This document shows, piece by piece, positions 18,963-29,119 of a stretch of 64,000 bases of DNA (its first letter is position 1; each line of letters begins with the position of its first letter). The DNA lies in NCBI GenBank assembly GCA_964619685.1, contig CAZUET010000001.1, forward strand, positions 7,719-71,718, written 5' to 3'. A program made the position numbers and the translations under genes. This DNA comes from an uncultured Christensenellaceae bacterium. Lineage in GTDB: Bacteria > Bacillota > Clostridia > Christensenellales > CAG-1252. The notes beneath the pieces were generated by a model that searched no databases, was not told the DNA's origin, and was given only the letters and a program-made list of their open reading frames with translations.

Positions 18963-20762
18963 TTACTTCTTTAGTTTATTATCAACGACTTCGGCAAGGA
19001 TTGCCTCAAACTGTTCAAGAGAGATTGAACCAAGATCCTCACCAGAGCGATGACGGACTGATACTGTATTATTTTCAATATCCTTATCGCCGATTATGAC
19101 CATATATGGAATCTTTTCGAGTTGAGCGTTTCTTATCTTATATTTTAAGGTATTAGAGCTATCGTCAACGGTTACTCTATATTTTAACGAATGCAAGCTT
19201 GCCTTTACGCTTTCTGCATATTCTACCGCTCTATCGGTAATGGTTAAAATCCTAACCTGTTCGGGTGCAAGCCAAGTGGGTAGTGCACCTGCATAGGTCT
19301 CAAGCAAATATGCAAGGGTACGCTCGTAGCATCCTAAACTGGTACGGTGGATAATGTAGGGGAGCTTCTTCTTTCCGTCTGCATCTACATAGTACATACC
19401 GAATTTTTCAGCAAGCAACATATCAATCTGGATAGTTACAATGGTATCCTCTTTACCGAATACATTTTTATATTGAATATCGAGTTTAGGTCCGTAGAAT
19501 GCTGCTTCATCAATACCGATGGTGTGTTCTACGTGTAGATCCTCAAGAATCTTTGCCATTAAGGATTGTGCCTCATTCCATTGCTCTGCAGTACCCTCGT
19601 ATTTCTTAGTGTTATTTGGATCCCACTGTGAGAATCTAAATGTACAGCGGTCGAGCATACCTACAGTGTCAAGGAAGTATTTACATAATTCAAGACAACC
19701 CTTAAATTCTTCTTCAAGTTGATCGGGTCTAAGCACGATATGTCCTTCTGAAATGGTGAACTGCCTTACTCTTATCAAGCCATGCATTTCGCCCGAATCC
19801 TCGTTTCTAAACAGCGTTGAGGTCTCACCAAGACGCATTGGAAGATCCTTATAACTGCGTTGCTTATTGAGATATACTTGATATTGGAACGGACAGGTCA
19901 TAGGTCTTAGTGCGAAGCATTCCTTTGTTTCGTCGTTTGGATCGCCCATTACGAACATTCCGTCGAGATAGTGATCCCAGTGTCCGGATATCTTATACAA
20001 CTCTCTTTTTGCCATTAACGGTGTTTTGGTAAGCACATATCCCTTTTCTTCCTCTACATCCTCAACCCATCTTTGCATTCTTTGGATGGTTCGTGCACCC
20101 TTTGGAAGAAGGATAGGAAGACCTTGACCGATACAGTCAACTGTGGTGAAGTATTCGAGTTCTCTACCGATTTTATTGTGATCTCTCTTTCTTGCCTCTT
20201 CTCTTTGAACAAGATATTCTTCAAGCTCTTCTTTAGATGCAAAAGCTACACCGTTGATTCGTTGAAGCATTTGGTTGTTGACATCGCCCTTCCAATATGC
20301 GCCCGAAATTTGAAGCAATTTAAACGCTTTTAATGCCTTTGTATATGCAAGGTGCGGACCTACACACATATCGATATACTCGCCCTGTTGATAGAACGAA
20401 ATGACCGCAGAATCATCGAGATCGTCGATATGCTCGAGCTTAAATTTTTCGTTACGCTCTTGCATAAGTTTTTTTGCTTCTTCTCTTGGGAGTGAAAATG
20501 CCTTTATGGGTAGGTTTTCCTTACAGATTTTACGCATTTCATCCTCGATTCTTGGAAGATCTGCATCTGTTAATTTGGTGTCGCCTAAATCGATATCATA
20601 ATAGAATCCGTTTTCGGTTGCAGGTCCGTAAGCGAAATCGGCTTGTGGATATAATCTCTTAATGGCTTGTGCCATGATATGTGCGGCGGTATGTCTGATT
20701 ACATGTAATTCCTCATTTGCAGGACATTCGCCTTGACTTCCATTGTTAAAAACGACCTTCAT
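18963..20762 (-). CDS. thrS: threonine--tRNA ligase (short form, most of the TGS domain absent)
   Basis: 599 aa; SD AAGGAG. Editing-domain HTAAHIMAQA, class II core FRNEDSGEMHGLIRVRQFT, and anticodon-binding C-terminus. Begins about 40 aa later than Bacillus ThrS. Confidence 0.95.
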   Translation of the reverse strand: MKVVFNNGSQGECPANEELHVIRHTAAHIMAQAIKRLYPQADFAYGPATENGFYYDIDLGDTKLTDADLPRIEDEMRKICKENLPIKAFSLPREEAKKLMQERNEKFKLEHIDDLDDSAVISFYQQGEYIDMCVGPHLAYTKALKAFKLLQISGAYWKGDVNNQMLQRINGVAFASKEELEEYLVQREEARKRDHNKIGRELEYFTTVDCIGQGLPILLPKGARTIQRMQRWVEDVEEEKGYVLTKTPLMAKRELYKISGHWDHYLDGMFVMGDPNDETKECFALRPMTCPFQYQVYLNKQRSYKDLPMRLGETSTLFRNEDSGEMHGLIRVRQFTISEGHIVLRPDQLEEEFKGCLELCKYFLDTVGMLDRCTFRFSQWDPNNTKKYEGTAEQWNEAQSLMAKILEDLHVEHTIGIDEAAFYGPKLDIQYKNVFGKEDTIVTIQIDMLLAEKFGMYYVDADGKKKLPYIIHRTSLGCYERTLAYLLETYAGALPTWLAPEQVRILTITDRAVEYAESVKASLHSLKYRVTVDDSSNTLKYKIRNAQLEKIPYMVIIGDKDIENNTVSVRHRSGEDLGSISLEQFEAILAEVVDNKLKK

Positions 20763-20778
20763 AGTATACTCCTTTCCG

Positions 20779-21016
20779 TTTTATAATAAAATAAGCACCC
20801 AAAACAAAAAATAATTTGTTTTAAGGGTGCTTGGACAAACACGGTTCCACCTTAATATTTCGCTCATTGACCTTTAACGACAAGGGTACGGTACCGCTTA
20901 GTTACTCACGGACAGCTCCGGAGTGGTGGTCTACACTTGATCTGTCCTTCGCTCACAGCCACGGCTAAGGATCTCTGATTCAGACCGTCTAAGCGTAAAC
21001 TTCTCCTTCAACGCTT
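20779..21016 (-). promoter_or_regulatory. T-box leader (tRNA-Thr responsive) of thrS
   Basis: Minus strand elements, 5' to 3'. K-turn-like base AGC-GUU-GA...GA-GCU. AGAGA bulge. Specifier loop ...GUAGACC ACC A CUCC, with ACC at 20925-20927 followed by the conserved purine. T-box AAUAUUAAGGUGGAACCGUG (about 20840-20860). Terminator AAGCACCC...GGGUGCUU (20793-20832) plus a U-run. Confidence 0.85.
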
Positions 21017-21022
21017 TTACAT

Positions 21023-21052
21023 ATTATAGACTTCTTTTGACGGTAAAGTCAA
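21023..21052 (-). promoter_or_regulatory. promoter of the thrS T-box leader
   Basis: Minus strand TTGACT (21047-21052), 18 nt, TATAAT (21023-21028). Confidence 0.6.
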
Positions 21053-21097
21053 CATTTTTTAGAAAAAACTTAAAAGAAATCTTTTTCGAATTATTGC

Positions 21098-21146
21098 ACA
21101 CAATCAAAATTGTGTATTGACAAAATATATGAATAAGCTTTATCAT
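21098..21146 (+). promoter_or_regulatory. candidate rubrerythrin promoter with adjacent inverted repeat
   Basis: ACACAAT-caaa-ATTGTGT (21098-21115) abuts TTGACA (21117-21122); 18 nt; TATCAT (21141-21146). Confidence 0.4.
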
Positions 21147-21198
21147 TATATATAGGATAATATCTTAAAAATAAAGCAAAGAAACAAGGAGAATTATT

Positions 21199-21735
21199 AT
21201 GAATAAATATCATGGCACTCAAACAGAGAAAAATCTCGAAGCAGCTTTTGCAGGTGAGTCTCAGGCAAGAAATAAGTATACTTATTTTGCTTCTAAAGCA
21301 AAAAAAGATGGCTTCGAGCAAATAGCTGCACTATTCCTTAAAACTGCCGAAAACGAAAAGGAACACGCAAAACTTTGGTTTAAGGAATTGAACGGTATCG
21401 GTGATACCCGTGAAAACTTAATTGCTGCTGCAGAGGGTGAAAATCACGAGTGGACAGATATGTATAAAGGGTTTGCAGAAACGGCTGAAGCAGAGGGCTT
21501 CCCTGAGCTTGCTCTCAAGTTCCGTTTGGTTGCAGAGATTGAAAGACATCACGAAGAACGCTATCGTGCTTTACTGAAGAATATTGAAATGGCAGAGGTG
21601 TTCAGTCGTAGCGAAGTCAAGGTTTGGGAATGCCGTAATTGCGGTCATATCGTCGTTGGTACCGATGCTCCCGAAATTTGTCCTGCTTGTGCCCATCCTC
21701 AAAGTTACTTTGAGATCTCGGCAGAAAACTATTAA
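21199..21735 (+). CDS. rbr: rubrerythrin
   Basis: 178 aa; SD AAGGAG. Diiron four-helix part ([38 protein letters not shown]) plus C-terminal rubredoxin CRNCG...CPAC. Confidence 0.9.
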   Translation: MNKYHGTQTEKNLEAAFAGESQARNKYTYFASKAKKDGFEQIAALFLKTAENEKEHAKLWFKELNGIGDTRENLIAAAEGENHEWTDMYKGFAETAEAEGFPELALKFRLVAEIERHHEERYRALLKNIEMAEVFSRSEVKVWECRNCGHIVVGTDAPEICPACAHPQSYFEISAENY

Positions 21736-22455
21736 TCTTTAATTATGTAAAACAACAACTTTACTGATGGGGTGTGAACATTGTCTTCATAGAGGATATA
21801 GACGCTATTTAGTTTCGCAGGACGGAAGATATAATAATAAGGATTTGTATGAACTATTTGGGTCGATTATTGCATTAACTTCGAATTATGTTGATAATAT
21901 CCCAAGATCATTTTATCATTTTGTAATAGAAGAAATAAGCAAACCTGGAAAATACACTCAAATGCTAATGACGAACGCAAGAAAATATATGCTCAAATAT
22001 GTTAGGTAAGTAATGTTGACGTGTAGATATTAAATCAATCTACAATATTGGTAAAATTTTTTTAGAAAAAGATACCTTCTAATACATAGGGGGTATTTTT
22101 TATTTTGAAACAAAAAACTACGCATTGGAGGTACCATTAAAAATGGCGTTGTTAATGCATCATCTTGTTATACTTAACAATTTGTCATAAAAAAACACGC
22201 ATAAATATACAAAAATACTGTTTTTTGAAATTTAAATTTGCTCTTAATTACATTAAATTACATTATCTTCCGATTGATTTTTATATTCATAAATACTTCA
22301 AGCGAAAATGATTAAAATAAATAATATTTAATATATGGACTACATTAAACTTAATGCAAGGTTTGAAAAATTAATGTATTGAAGTTAATGCAATTTTACT
22401 ATACACTTATAGTATCAAGAGTGATTTATCGCTCAAATATTTTAGGAGGAATAGT

Positions 22456-24894
22456 ATGAAGAGAAGATCATTTTTAATCGTTATGGTCATTATAATGGTT
22501 CTCATAGTTGCTTTATCCGTTGTAGGATGTGGCGAAGCTGATAAGTTAGCGATTACCATAACAAATAAGCAAGACCTCACGGCAGAGTGGGTTGAAGGAT
22601 CCGCAGCTCGTGAGTTGGAGGTAGCATTCGTTCTTGGCGAAGCACAAGCAGAAGGACTCCCCTATTCAGTAGAGACCTCTGACAGTGGCGTAGTAGCTGT
22701 AGGAGATGACAATAAGACTCTTACCGCAGAAGGACAAGGAACAGCTACCATTACCGTAAAGGCAACACTTGATGACGGTAATGAAATCAGCGATAGCGTA
22801 TCTATCTCAGTTATACCTTACTTGCGTGGTATTGAGATTTCTAATAAAGAGGATCTCCAAAAGGTATGGATACTTGGTGATGCTACAAGAACTATCAGCA
22901 TTAACTTTAAGCCCGAGTATTACAACACAAATAAGCCCGAGTATACAGTAGTATCAAGCGACAGCTCTATTGTTGAGGTTGGCGAAGATAAGGCAACGCT
23001 TACCGCTAAGGCAATTGGTACTGCAACCATCACAGTTAGTGCAGGTAATCGTTCCGATACAGTAGAAATAATTGTTCGTCCTGCTCTCGAATCCATTTCG
23101 ATCACCAATAAGGAAGCATTAGAGACTCTTTGGAATGATTGGAGCGTTGTTCGTGAAATAGAGCTTGCATTTGCTCCCGCAGAACACTATAGTGTAGAGA
23201 AAACTCCTGTTGAAATCGCTTGTGATCCTGAAAACATCGTTTCTGTCGATGGTTTAAAGATCACTGCTAAGGCAATCGGACAAGTAACCGTTACCGTAAG
23301 TGCAGCAGGTAAATCCGATTCCTTCACAGTTAATATTGAAAGATCTGCTCCTGTAATGAGTTTCCTTGAAATGTCAGGCTTTGAAGAAACAGCAGAGGGT
23401 GGTATTATCAATGGCGTAGTTGATAAGGCTGTCGAACTTCCTCGTGCTTTGGCTAAGACCGGTGACGGCGTAGACATTACTTCTAATATCGATATCGAAT
23501 TAATTGGCGATGAGGGTGAATTAAAAGATGGTAGCTTCATAGGTAAAAAAGGTGAATATCAAATCAAGTACACATCTAAGGACACCGTGAATGCAGAATT
23601 AGTTACTACTAAGATCGTTACAGTTAAAATTTGGCGTGATTTAGTTCTCCGTCAAGATAATACTTGGGAGTTTGTAGATCAATATGTAGATGATGCAGAT
23701 CAAAAGTTGACTCTTACTACATATGGTTTTCAGACACTTGTTTTCAACATCGACCCGAGTAAATACTACTATGCAGAGGCTGAGTACGATGTAAATAGCG
23801 GTGTACCGGGCATGGCTCACTTTATCGAGAATGACACTAAGAGATGGTTATCATCCAGTGTATCTAACTGGGGCGGATTTGACTATAAATTTACCGACTT
23901 TGATACATCCTTATTTGCTGCTAACAATGGCGGACAATGGACACTTCAGGAAGGTGAAGAATGGTTAAATGTTATCTTCTCATGGCAGCTAAAAGGAAAT
24001 AGAGGCTTGAGTGCAAACGAAAATCCCAATGTACATAAGATCGCTATCGTTCGTGTAGGTGATTACTTCATCAACTTTTGGAATGACCAATATGTTATGA
24101 TGACAACTAATAAATACTATGCAGATAAGGATACTATCCCCGGATTGTTCTTTGGTGCAGGTGGTTCTAACCTCAGCGTTTCTAAGATTTCTTACTTTAG
24201 CGGTAAGGATCAGGTTATGGCAAAGGTAAACGAGCTTACCCATAATGGTAAGGATGTTAATACAAGTTATATTCCCGACAGTTGGGCAAGCGCTTCCTTA
24301 AATACTAATAACTGTAACTTTACATCTTATGAGTATTCAGAAGAAAAGGGACTCAGCTATGACTTCACCGCAGAGGGCAAAGGCTTCAATGATGGTATGA
24401 CCTCTAACTATGTATGGTTTGACGGTGACTTCACATATCAATTCGATTATGAATATACAAGCGGAACCAACGGTGATAACGATACAAGAATGAGACTTGA
24501 ACTTCGTAATAGATTCTATTATGCTGACGGTGGCATCCAATTCGGTGTAGACTATAATGGTGGCGCTTTTAATAAGCTATTGCTCAATTCGCCTGGTCTA
24601 AAAGATCCTCATCAATGGGCTGAACCGGGTAGCGACTGTGATGCATCTAAGGGCTTTAGATTCACCATTACCCGTAAGCTACACGAGGATTATGCAGAGA
24701 TTACCATGAAGATACAATCTATCGCTAATCCCGAACAGGTATTTACAAGAACAGTTACACAAAGTGCAGATAGCGCAAAGACGTCTGATGGTGTAACAAG
24801 CATTGCTCATTGGAATGCTCCTGTAACCATTCAATGGCACAACCAGATCGCAGGTAAATTCAGCAATATCTCTTGGTCCAATTCTGTTGAATAA
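22456..24894 (+). CDS. surface lipoprotein with three Big_2 (bacterial Ig-like) domains and a ~500-aa uncharacterised C-terminal region
   Basis: 812 aa; SD AGGAGG; lipobox LSVVGC. Three repeats end in KTLTAEGQGTATITVKA, ATLTAKAIGTATITVSA and LKITAKAIGQVTVTVSA (about 22543-23341). Confidence 0.8.
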   Translation: MKRRSFLIVMVIIMVLIVALSVVGCGEADKLAITITNKQDLTAEWVEGSAARELEVAFVLGEAQAEGLPYSVETSDSGVVAVGDDNKTLTAEGQGTATITVKATLDDGNEISDSVSISVIPYLRGIEISNKEDLQKVWILGDATRTISINFKPEYYNTNKPEYTVVSSDSSIVEVGEDKATLTAKAIGTATITVSAGNRSDTVEIIVRPALESISITNKEALETLWNDWSVVREIELAFAPAEHYSVEKTPVEIACDPENIVSVDGLKITAKAIGQVTVTVSAAGKSDSFTVNIERSAPVMSFLEMSGFEETAEGGIINGVVDKAVELPRALAKTGDGVDITSNIDIELIGDEGELKDGSFIGKKGEYQIKYTSKDTVNAELVTTKIVTVKIWRDLVLRQDNTWEFVDQYVDDADQKLTLTTYGFQTLVFNIDPSKYYYAEAEYDVNSGVPGMAHFIENDTKRWLSSSVSNWGGFDYKFTDFDTSLFAANNGGQWTLQEGEEWLNVIFSWQLKGNRGLSANENPNVHKIAIVRVGDYFINFWNDQYVMMTTNKYYADKDTIPGLFFGAGGSNLSVSKISYFSGKDQVMAKVNELTHNGKDVNTSYIPDSWASASLNTNNCNFTSYEYSEEKGLSYDFTAEGKGFNDGMTSNYVWFDGDFTYQFDYEYTSGTNGDNDTRMRLELRNRFYYADGGIQFGVDYNGGAFNKLLLNSPGLKDPHQWAEPGSDCDASKGFRFTITRKLHEDYAEITMKIQSIANPEQVFTRTVTQSADSAKTSDGVTSIAHWNAPVTIQWHNQIAGKFSNISWSNSVE

Positions 24895-25262
24895 GCTTAA
24901 AAATATTGATTATTGAATTCAAAAACTTTTTATAATTTGATCGATACGGACAGGATTCCGTATAAACAGCTAATTAATAGTTCATTAACACCATAGCGGC
25001 GTGAAAAAACGTCGCTATGGCGAAACTATTTACAAATCAATTTTGACCTTGCACGGACACTAAATAAGGTGCATCATAAATAATTATCGCAGTTAGTTGA
25101 CTGAATATAAGTTTGTTAATAACGGTATAGTCTTTATTGATGATTGATAATGACTCGTGACCGATATGATATTATTATTAAGTAGTTTGTTTTTTATGAA
25201 AGAATAAAAAAATATCGTCACCGAAATTAATGGTGGCTTCAATTACTATTATGGAGGATCGC

Positions 25263-27059
25263 ATGACTAAGACTCTCATTAAATTGATTTCAATAGCATT
25301 ATGTCTTGCCATGATCATCGGAGCAGTGTCTGTATTGACCGCTTGTAATGATAACAACACTAAGGCAAGCTATAATGTCACATATGACTTAAACTATGAA
25401 GGAGCTGAGAAGCGTGTTCAAAACTATCAGTCAGGTATCACAGCTATAGACTGGAAGGCATCACGAGATGGCTATAATATTCAAGGCTGGTATCTCGATG
25501 CCGATTGTACCGAAAGATTTGATTTTGATACAAAAATTAGATCCGACATGACTTTATATGCAGGCTGGAAGGAAAAGCCAGGTATAACCACAGTAACATT
25601 TGATTTTGGCTATTCGGGCGCTGCTAATAAAGTTATAGAGATCGAAAAGGGCTCTACGATTAATAAAAAATATATTCCTGCTAAGGACCGTTTTGGTATG
25701 GAACTAACAGGCTGGTATCATGATGAGGCTTTGACAATGCCTTGGAATTTTGAAAGTGATACAGTAGAGAATGCTACTACATTGCATGCAAAATTTGAAT
25801 ATACCGTCAACATTCCTCTAAATGTCGACGGATCGATTAAGTATGAAAATATTTCTGTATATGTATGGAACGGATGCGGTGGATTCAGTAATTCCTTATT
25901 AGATCCTATCGTTGAAGCATTCAATAAAGAATATGACGGTAAGATCTCTGTTACCGTTGGTCCTCTTACACAACAGGCGGATGTATTTGTTAGAATACAA
26001 CAATCGTCCGAGCTTATGAGATGCTATACGACTTACTATCCAATTGCAGATATCTACTCACTTGCAGGTATCGATGTTAATCCCGACGACTATTACACAG
26101 GTGCTATTAGGGAATCTATGTCAAAGGGCGTAATGCTTCAAACTCCGTTTGCCGCAGTTGTTCCTTATATGGTTTATAATAAGACATTAATGTCGAAGTA
26201 TAGTCCAAACGGACTCCCCACTAACTATAGTGAATTATCTGCAGTCCTTCAAAATGCAGCCAAGGGAGAATCATCCAATAATTCATTTAAGTCGATCTTG
26301 ACAACCAATGGTTGGCAATTTAAGGAATGTTCGAGCTGGACAGCCTTTGCTCAGAATAACGCTGACTACTTTACATACGAAAACGAGATCCATACTACCG
26401 TTTGGAAAACAGATGAAGGCTTGGCAAACGCAAAGACTGCACTGACCAATATTTATGATCTGTTTGGTGCTAACGGACTTAATGGCGGTACGGCATACGA
26501 TATTTATTCCGACAATATCGCAAGAACTGTTGCTAATGGAGACGCTCTTATGGGTATGTTATCTTGGACAGGTGCCGAGAATGTTATACTAAATAACAAT
26601 AATCTCGGTGTAATGTCGTTAAGTGGATTGTTTACCGATGCAACAGATGAAGCAAGCAGGCGTATCCCTGCGTATACATTGGGTGTAGCTTTCTATAATG
26701 GTGCAACCAATGTTATTGCTGACCCTGTAAAGATGTGTGCATCCGCAGTATTTGCAGACTACTTATCAAAGCACGCATACTTATTTGCCGATCAAGGCTT
26801 TGTGCCTGTACATAAGGGAACTGCCGAGGTCGATGCGTATAAGAATTCCGATAATGCAGTCATTAAGCTGATGAAGACAGTTTATAGACCTGAAGATCTA
26901 TGGACACTTCCAGGTATGGCAAACACAAAGTATATCATCAATGCTGTTGCTTCCGAAAATGTAATAGTACCTTTCTTAAATGATAAGAATGGTTCAAGAG
27001 ATGATGTCGATACCAAATTAAACAATCTATATTCACAAGTGGGCGGATTGCTTGCTTAA
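25263..27059 (+). CDS. lipoprotein: two Listeria-Bacteroides (Flg_new) repeats fused to an ABC-type solute-binding-like domain
   Basis: ATG 25263 (SD GGAGGA) gives the lipobox signal ...AVSVLTAC. The repeats are GYNIQGWYLDADCTERFDFDTKIRSDMTLYAGW and GMELTGWYHDEALTMPWNFESDTVENATTLHAKF. The remainder resembles a family-1 SBP. Confidence 0.7.
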   Translation: MTKTLIKLISIALCLAMIIGAVSVLTACNDNNTKASYNVTYDLNYEGAEKRVQNYQSGITAIDWKASRDGYNIQGWYLDADCTERFDFDTKIRSDMTLYAGWKEKPGITTVTFDFGYSGAANKVIEIEKGSTINKKYIPAKDRFGMELTGWYHDEALTMPWNFESDTVENATTLHAKFEYTVNIPLNVDGSIKYENISVYVWNGCGGFSNSLLDPIVEAFNKEYDGKISVTVGPLTQQADVFVRIQQSSELMRCYTTYYPIADIYSLAGIDVNPDDYYTGAIRESMSKGVMLQTPFAAVVPYMVYNKTLMSKYSPNGLPTNYSELSAVLQNAAKGESSNNSFKSILTTNGWQFKECSSWTAFAQNNADYFTYENEIHTTVWKTDEGLANAKTALTNIYDLFGANGLNGGTAYDIYSDNIARTVANGDALMGMLSWTGAENVILNNNNLGVMSLSGLFTDATDEASRRIPAYTLGVAFYNGATNVIADPVKMCASAVFADYLSKHAYLFADQGFVPVHKGTAEVDAYKNSDNAVIKLMKTVYRPEDLWTLPGMANTKYIINAVASENVIVPFLNDKNGSRDDVDTKLNNLYSQVGGLLA

Positions 27060-27073
27060 TGGAGGGCTGAAAT

Positions 27074-29095
27074 ATGAAAAAAAGAATAAGCTTGGCAATC
27101 ATATTAGTAATGCTGTGCACTTTGGTGTTAACATGCTTTGTTGCATGCTCACAGCAAACCGATGAAGATGTCCTCGTTAACAAGGGCGAATGGACCATTA
27201 AATCTCCCGATGGAAGTATTTCTATTGATCTAATACAAGACCCATATAACAATTTGACATATCAAGTAAAAAAGGACGATACTGTCGTTATTGGCGAATC
27301 TGCACTTGGTTTGGAAATAGCTGAAGATGACTTTAGCTTTATTAATATTCAAAAACAAAGCACAAGAAAGATCAAGGGATCTTATGATAACATCAGCGGT
27401 AAGACCGATCATGTAGATTACGAGTGCAACGAAACCGTAGTTACATTCAAGGCTTGGTCCTTCTATTATGATATAGTTGTTCGTGCATATGACGACGGTT
27501 ATGCATTTAGATACAATGTGCGTAAGATAGACGGAAGCGAAGGTGTTATGACCGTTGTTAATGAAAAGACAGAATTTGCATTCCCCGATGAAGCAAATAT
27601 GTGGGCACAAGAGTATGTTACCAATAAGTCAACAGGAGATTTCTTCTCGTACGAGGTGTTCTATCAAAAGAGATATATTCCCGATCTTAATTCGGCACAG
27701 TATATCGCAATGCCATTTATTTATGAAATTCCCGGCACATCGTTCTATTCATTAATCACCGAATCAGAGCTTATAGGTAGCAATTTCTACGGTTCATTCC
27801 TCAAAGTTCCCGAAGGAGCCGAGGGCGAATCTGTTCTTAAAACAGAGCATACTCCTGCAGGTATTACAGTTGACGATAATAAGGTATCCTATCCCTTCTC
27901 CTCCCCGTGGCGTGTAGGTATCGTAGGAGATATGAAGACAGTTCAAGAATCTGAGCTTGCCGAAAAGGTTTATTATAGTGGTGAAGAAGATTATACCGAA
28001 CTGTATTGGAAGCCTGATAATTATGATGAGCTTTCCGCAGAAGAGCAAGCAATTTATAATTACGATTGGGTTGAGCCCGGCGTTACCGCTTGGAACTGGC
28101 TTATCTATAACGGTAAGCGTGGACAAGATGACTATAATCTTCATAGAGAGTATGTTCAGTTAGCTAAGGAAATGGGCTGGAAGTATGTTATCTTAGACGG
28201 TGGCTGGAATGGAAACTTTAATGAAAGCAGCTTTGTAGGATTTATGCAAGAGGCTGAAAGATCAGGCGTCAAAGTATTGGTATGGTGTAATGCGTTGACT
28301 GATTTTGGTAACGGTAATATCGAAATCTTAAAAACTAAACTCGATCTATGGCAAAAATGGGGCATTGCAGGTATCAAGATAGACTTCTTTGATGGACAAA
28401 ATGCAACCGATCAATCGCACCAAGGCGAGGATATAGGTACCATTAAGTGGTACGAGTCTATTTATCAAGAATGTGCTAAGCGTAAAATGGTAGTTAATTG
28501 TCACGGATCCAATAAGCCTACTGGAGAGAGAGTAGTTTATCCCAATGTAATCAATCGTGAAGGTATCTACGGTAACGAATTTTATGGAGTTGGTGCAAAC
28601 GTTACAGTTAATCAGCTTCTCATTAGAAATGTAGTAGGACCGTCCGACTTTACACCTGTAGTAAATCCGTTGAGTAACAATATTACCAAGGGTCACCAAA
28701 TGGCGTTGGCAGTGCTTTTCGAATCGGGCGCTCCCTCTATGGCAGACTATGCTAAGGCATACAGAGAATCGGATATTTACAGTCTCTATAAGAGCATTCC
28801 TTCCGTTCATGAAAAGACTGTATTCTTAGGCGGTAAGCTCGATTACTATTACAGTGCTGCAGTTAAGGCAGGAAAATATTGGTTCGTAGGTGGCGCAAAC
28901 TCTCTCGTTAAGCAAGATATCACTGTTGACTTCTCCTTCTTAGACGACGGCGAATATGTTGCAGAGGTTTATAATGATGATCCTGATTCAGGTAAAATTG
29001 TCAAAGAGACCATCACGGTCACTAAGAACGACAAAAAGACATTTACAATGCAATCTAAGGGCGGTTTCGTTATCCGTCTATATAAAAATGATTAA
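27074..29095 (+). CDS. glycoside hydrolase family 97-like lipoprotein
   Basis: 673 aa; lipobox LTCFVAC. GH97 N-domain pattern WTIKSPDGSISIDL...LTYQVKKDDTVVIGESALGL. Catalytic region WGIAGIKIDFFDGQ, NCHGSNKPTGERVVYPNVINREGIYGNEF. Confidence 0.75.
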   Translation: MKKRISLAIILVMLCTLVLTCFVACSQQTDEDVLVNKGEWTIKSPDGSISIDLIQDPYNNLTYQVKKDDTVVIGESALGLEIAEDDFSFINIQKQSTRKIKGSYDNISGKTDHVDYECNETVVTFKAWSFYYDIVVRAYDDGYAFRYNVRKIDGSEGVMTVVNEKTEFAFPDEANMWAQEYVTNKSTGDFFSYEVFYQKRYIPDLNSAQYIAMPFIYEIPGTSFYSLITESELIGSNFYGSFLKVPEGAEGESVLKTEHTPAGITVDDNKVSYPFSSPWRVGIVGDMKTVQESELAEKVYYSGEEDYTELYWKPDNYDELSAEEQAIYNYDWVEPGVTAWNWLIYNGKRGQDDYNLHREYVQLAKEMGWKYVILDGGWNGNFNESSFVGFMQEAERSGVKVLVWCNALTDFGNGNIEILKTKLDLWQKWGIAGIKIDFFDGQNATDQSHQGEDIGTIKWYESIYQECAKRKMVVNCHGSNKPTGERVVYPNVINREGIYGNEFYGVGANVTVNQLLIRNVVGPSDFTPVVNPLSNNITKGHQMALAVLFESGAPSMADYAKAYRESDIYSLYKSIPSVHEKTVFLGGKLDYYYSAAVKAGKYWFVGGANSLVKQDITVDFSFLDDGEYVAEVYNDDPDSGKIVKETITVTKNDKKTFTMQSKGGFVIRLYKND

Positions 29096-29119
29096 TACAA
29101 CTAGGAGCTTTACAAGATT

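Noticed and set aside
21767-22009. 80-aa ORF downstream of rubrerythrin
   Set aside because: It has no SD, no recognisable motif and an odd composition. It could be real, but I cannot support it from sequence alone.
22143-22190. 15-codon micro-ORF (MALLMHHLVILNNLS) with GGAGG 11 nt upstream, in the long leader of the glycan locus
   Set aside because: The spacer is long, the ORF is tiny, and such ORFs arise by chance in AT-rich DNA. Ribosome profiling or conservation data would be needed.
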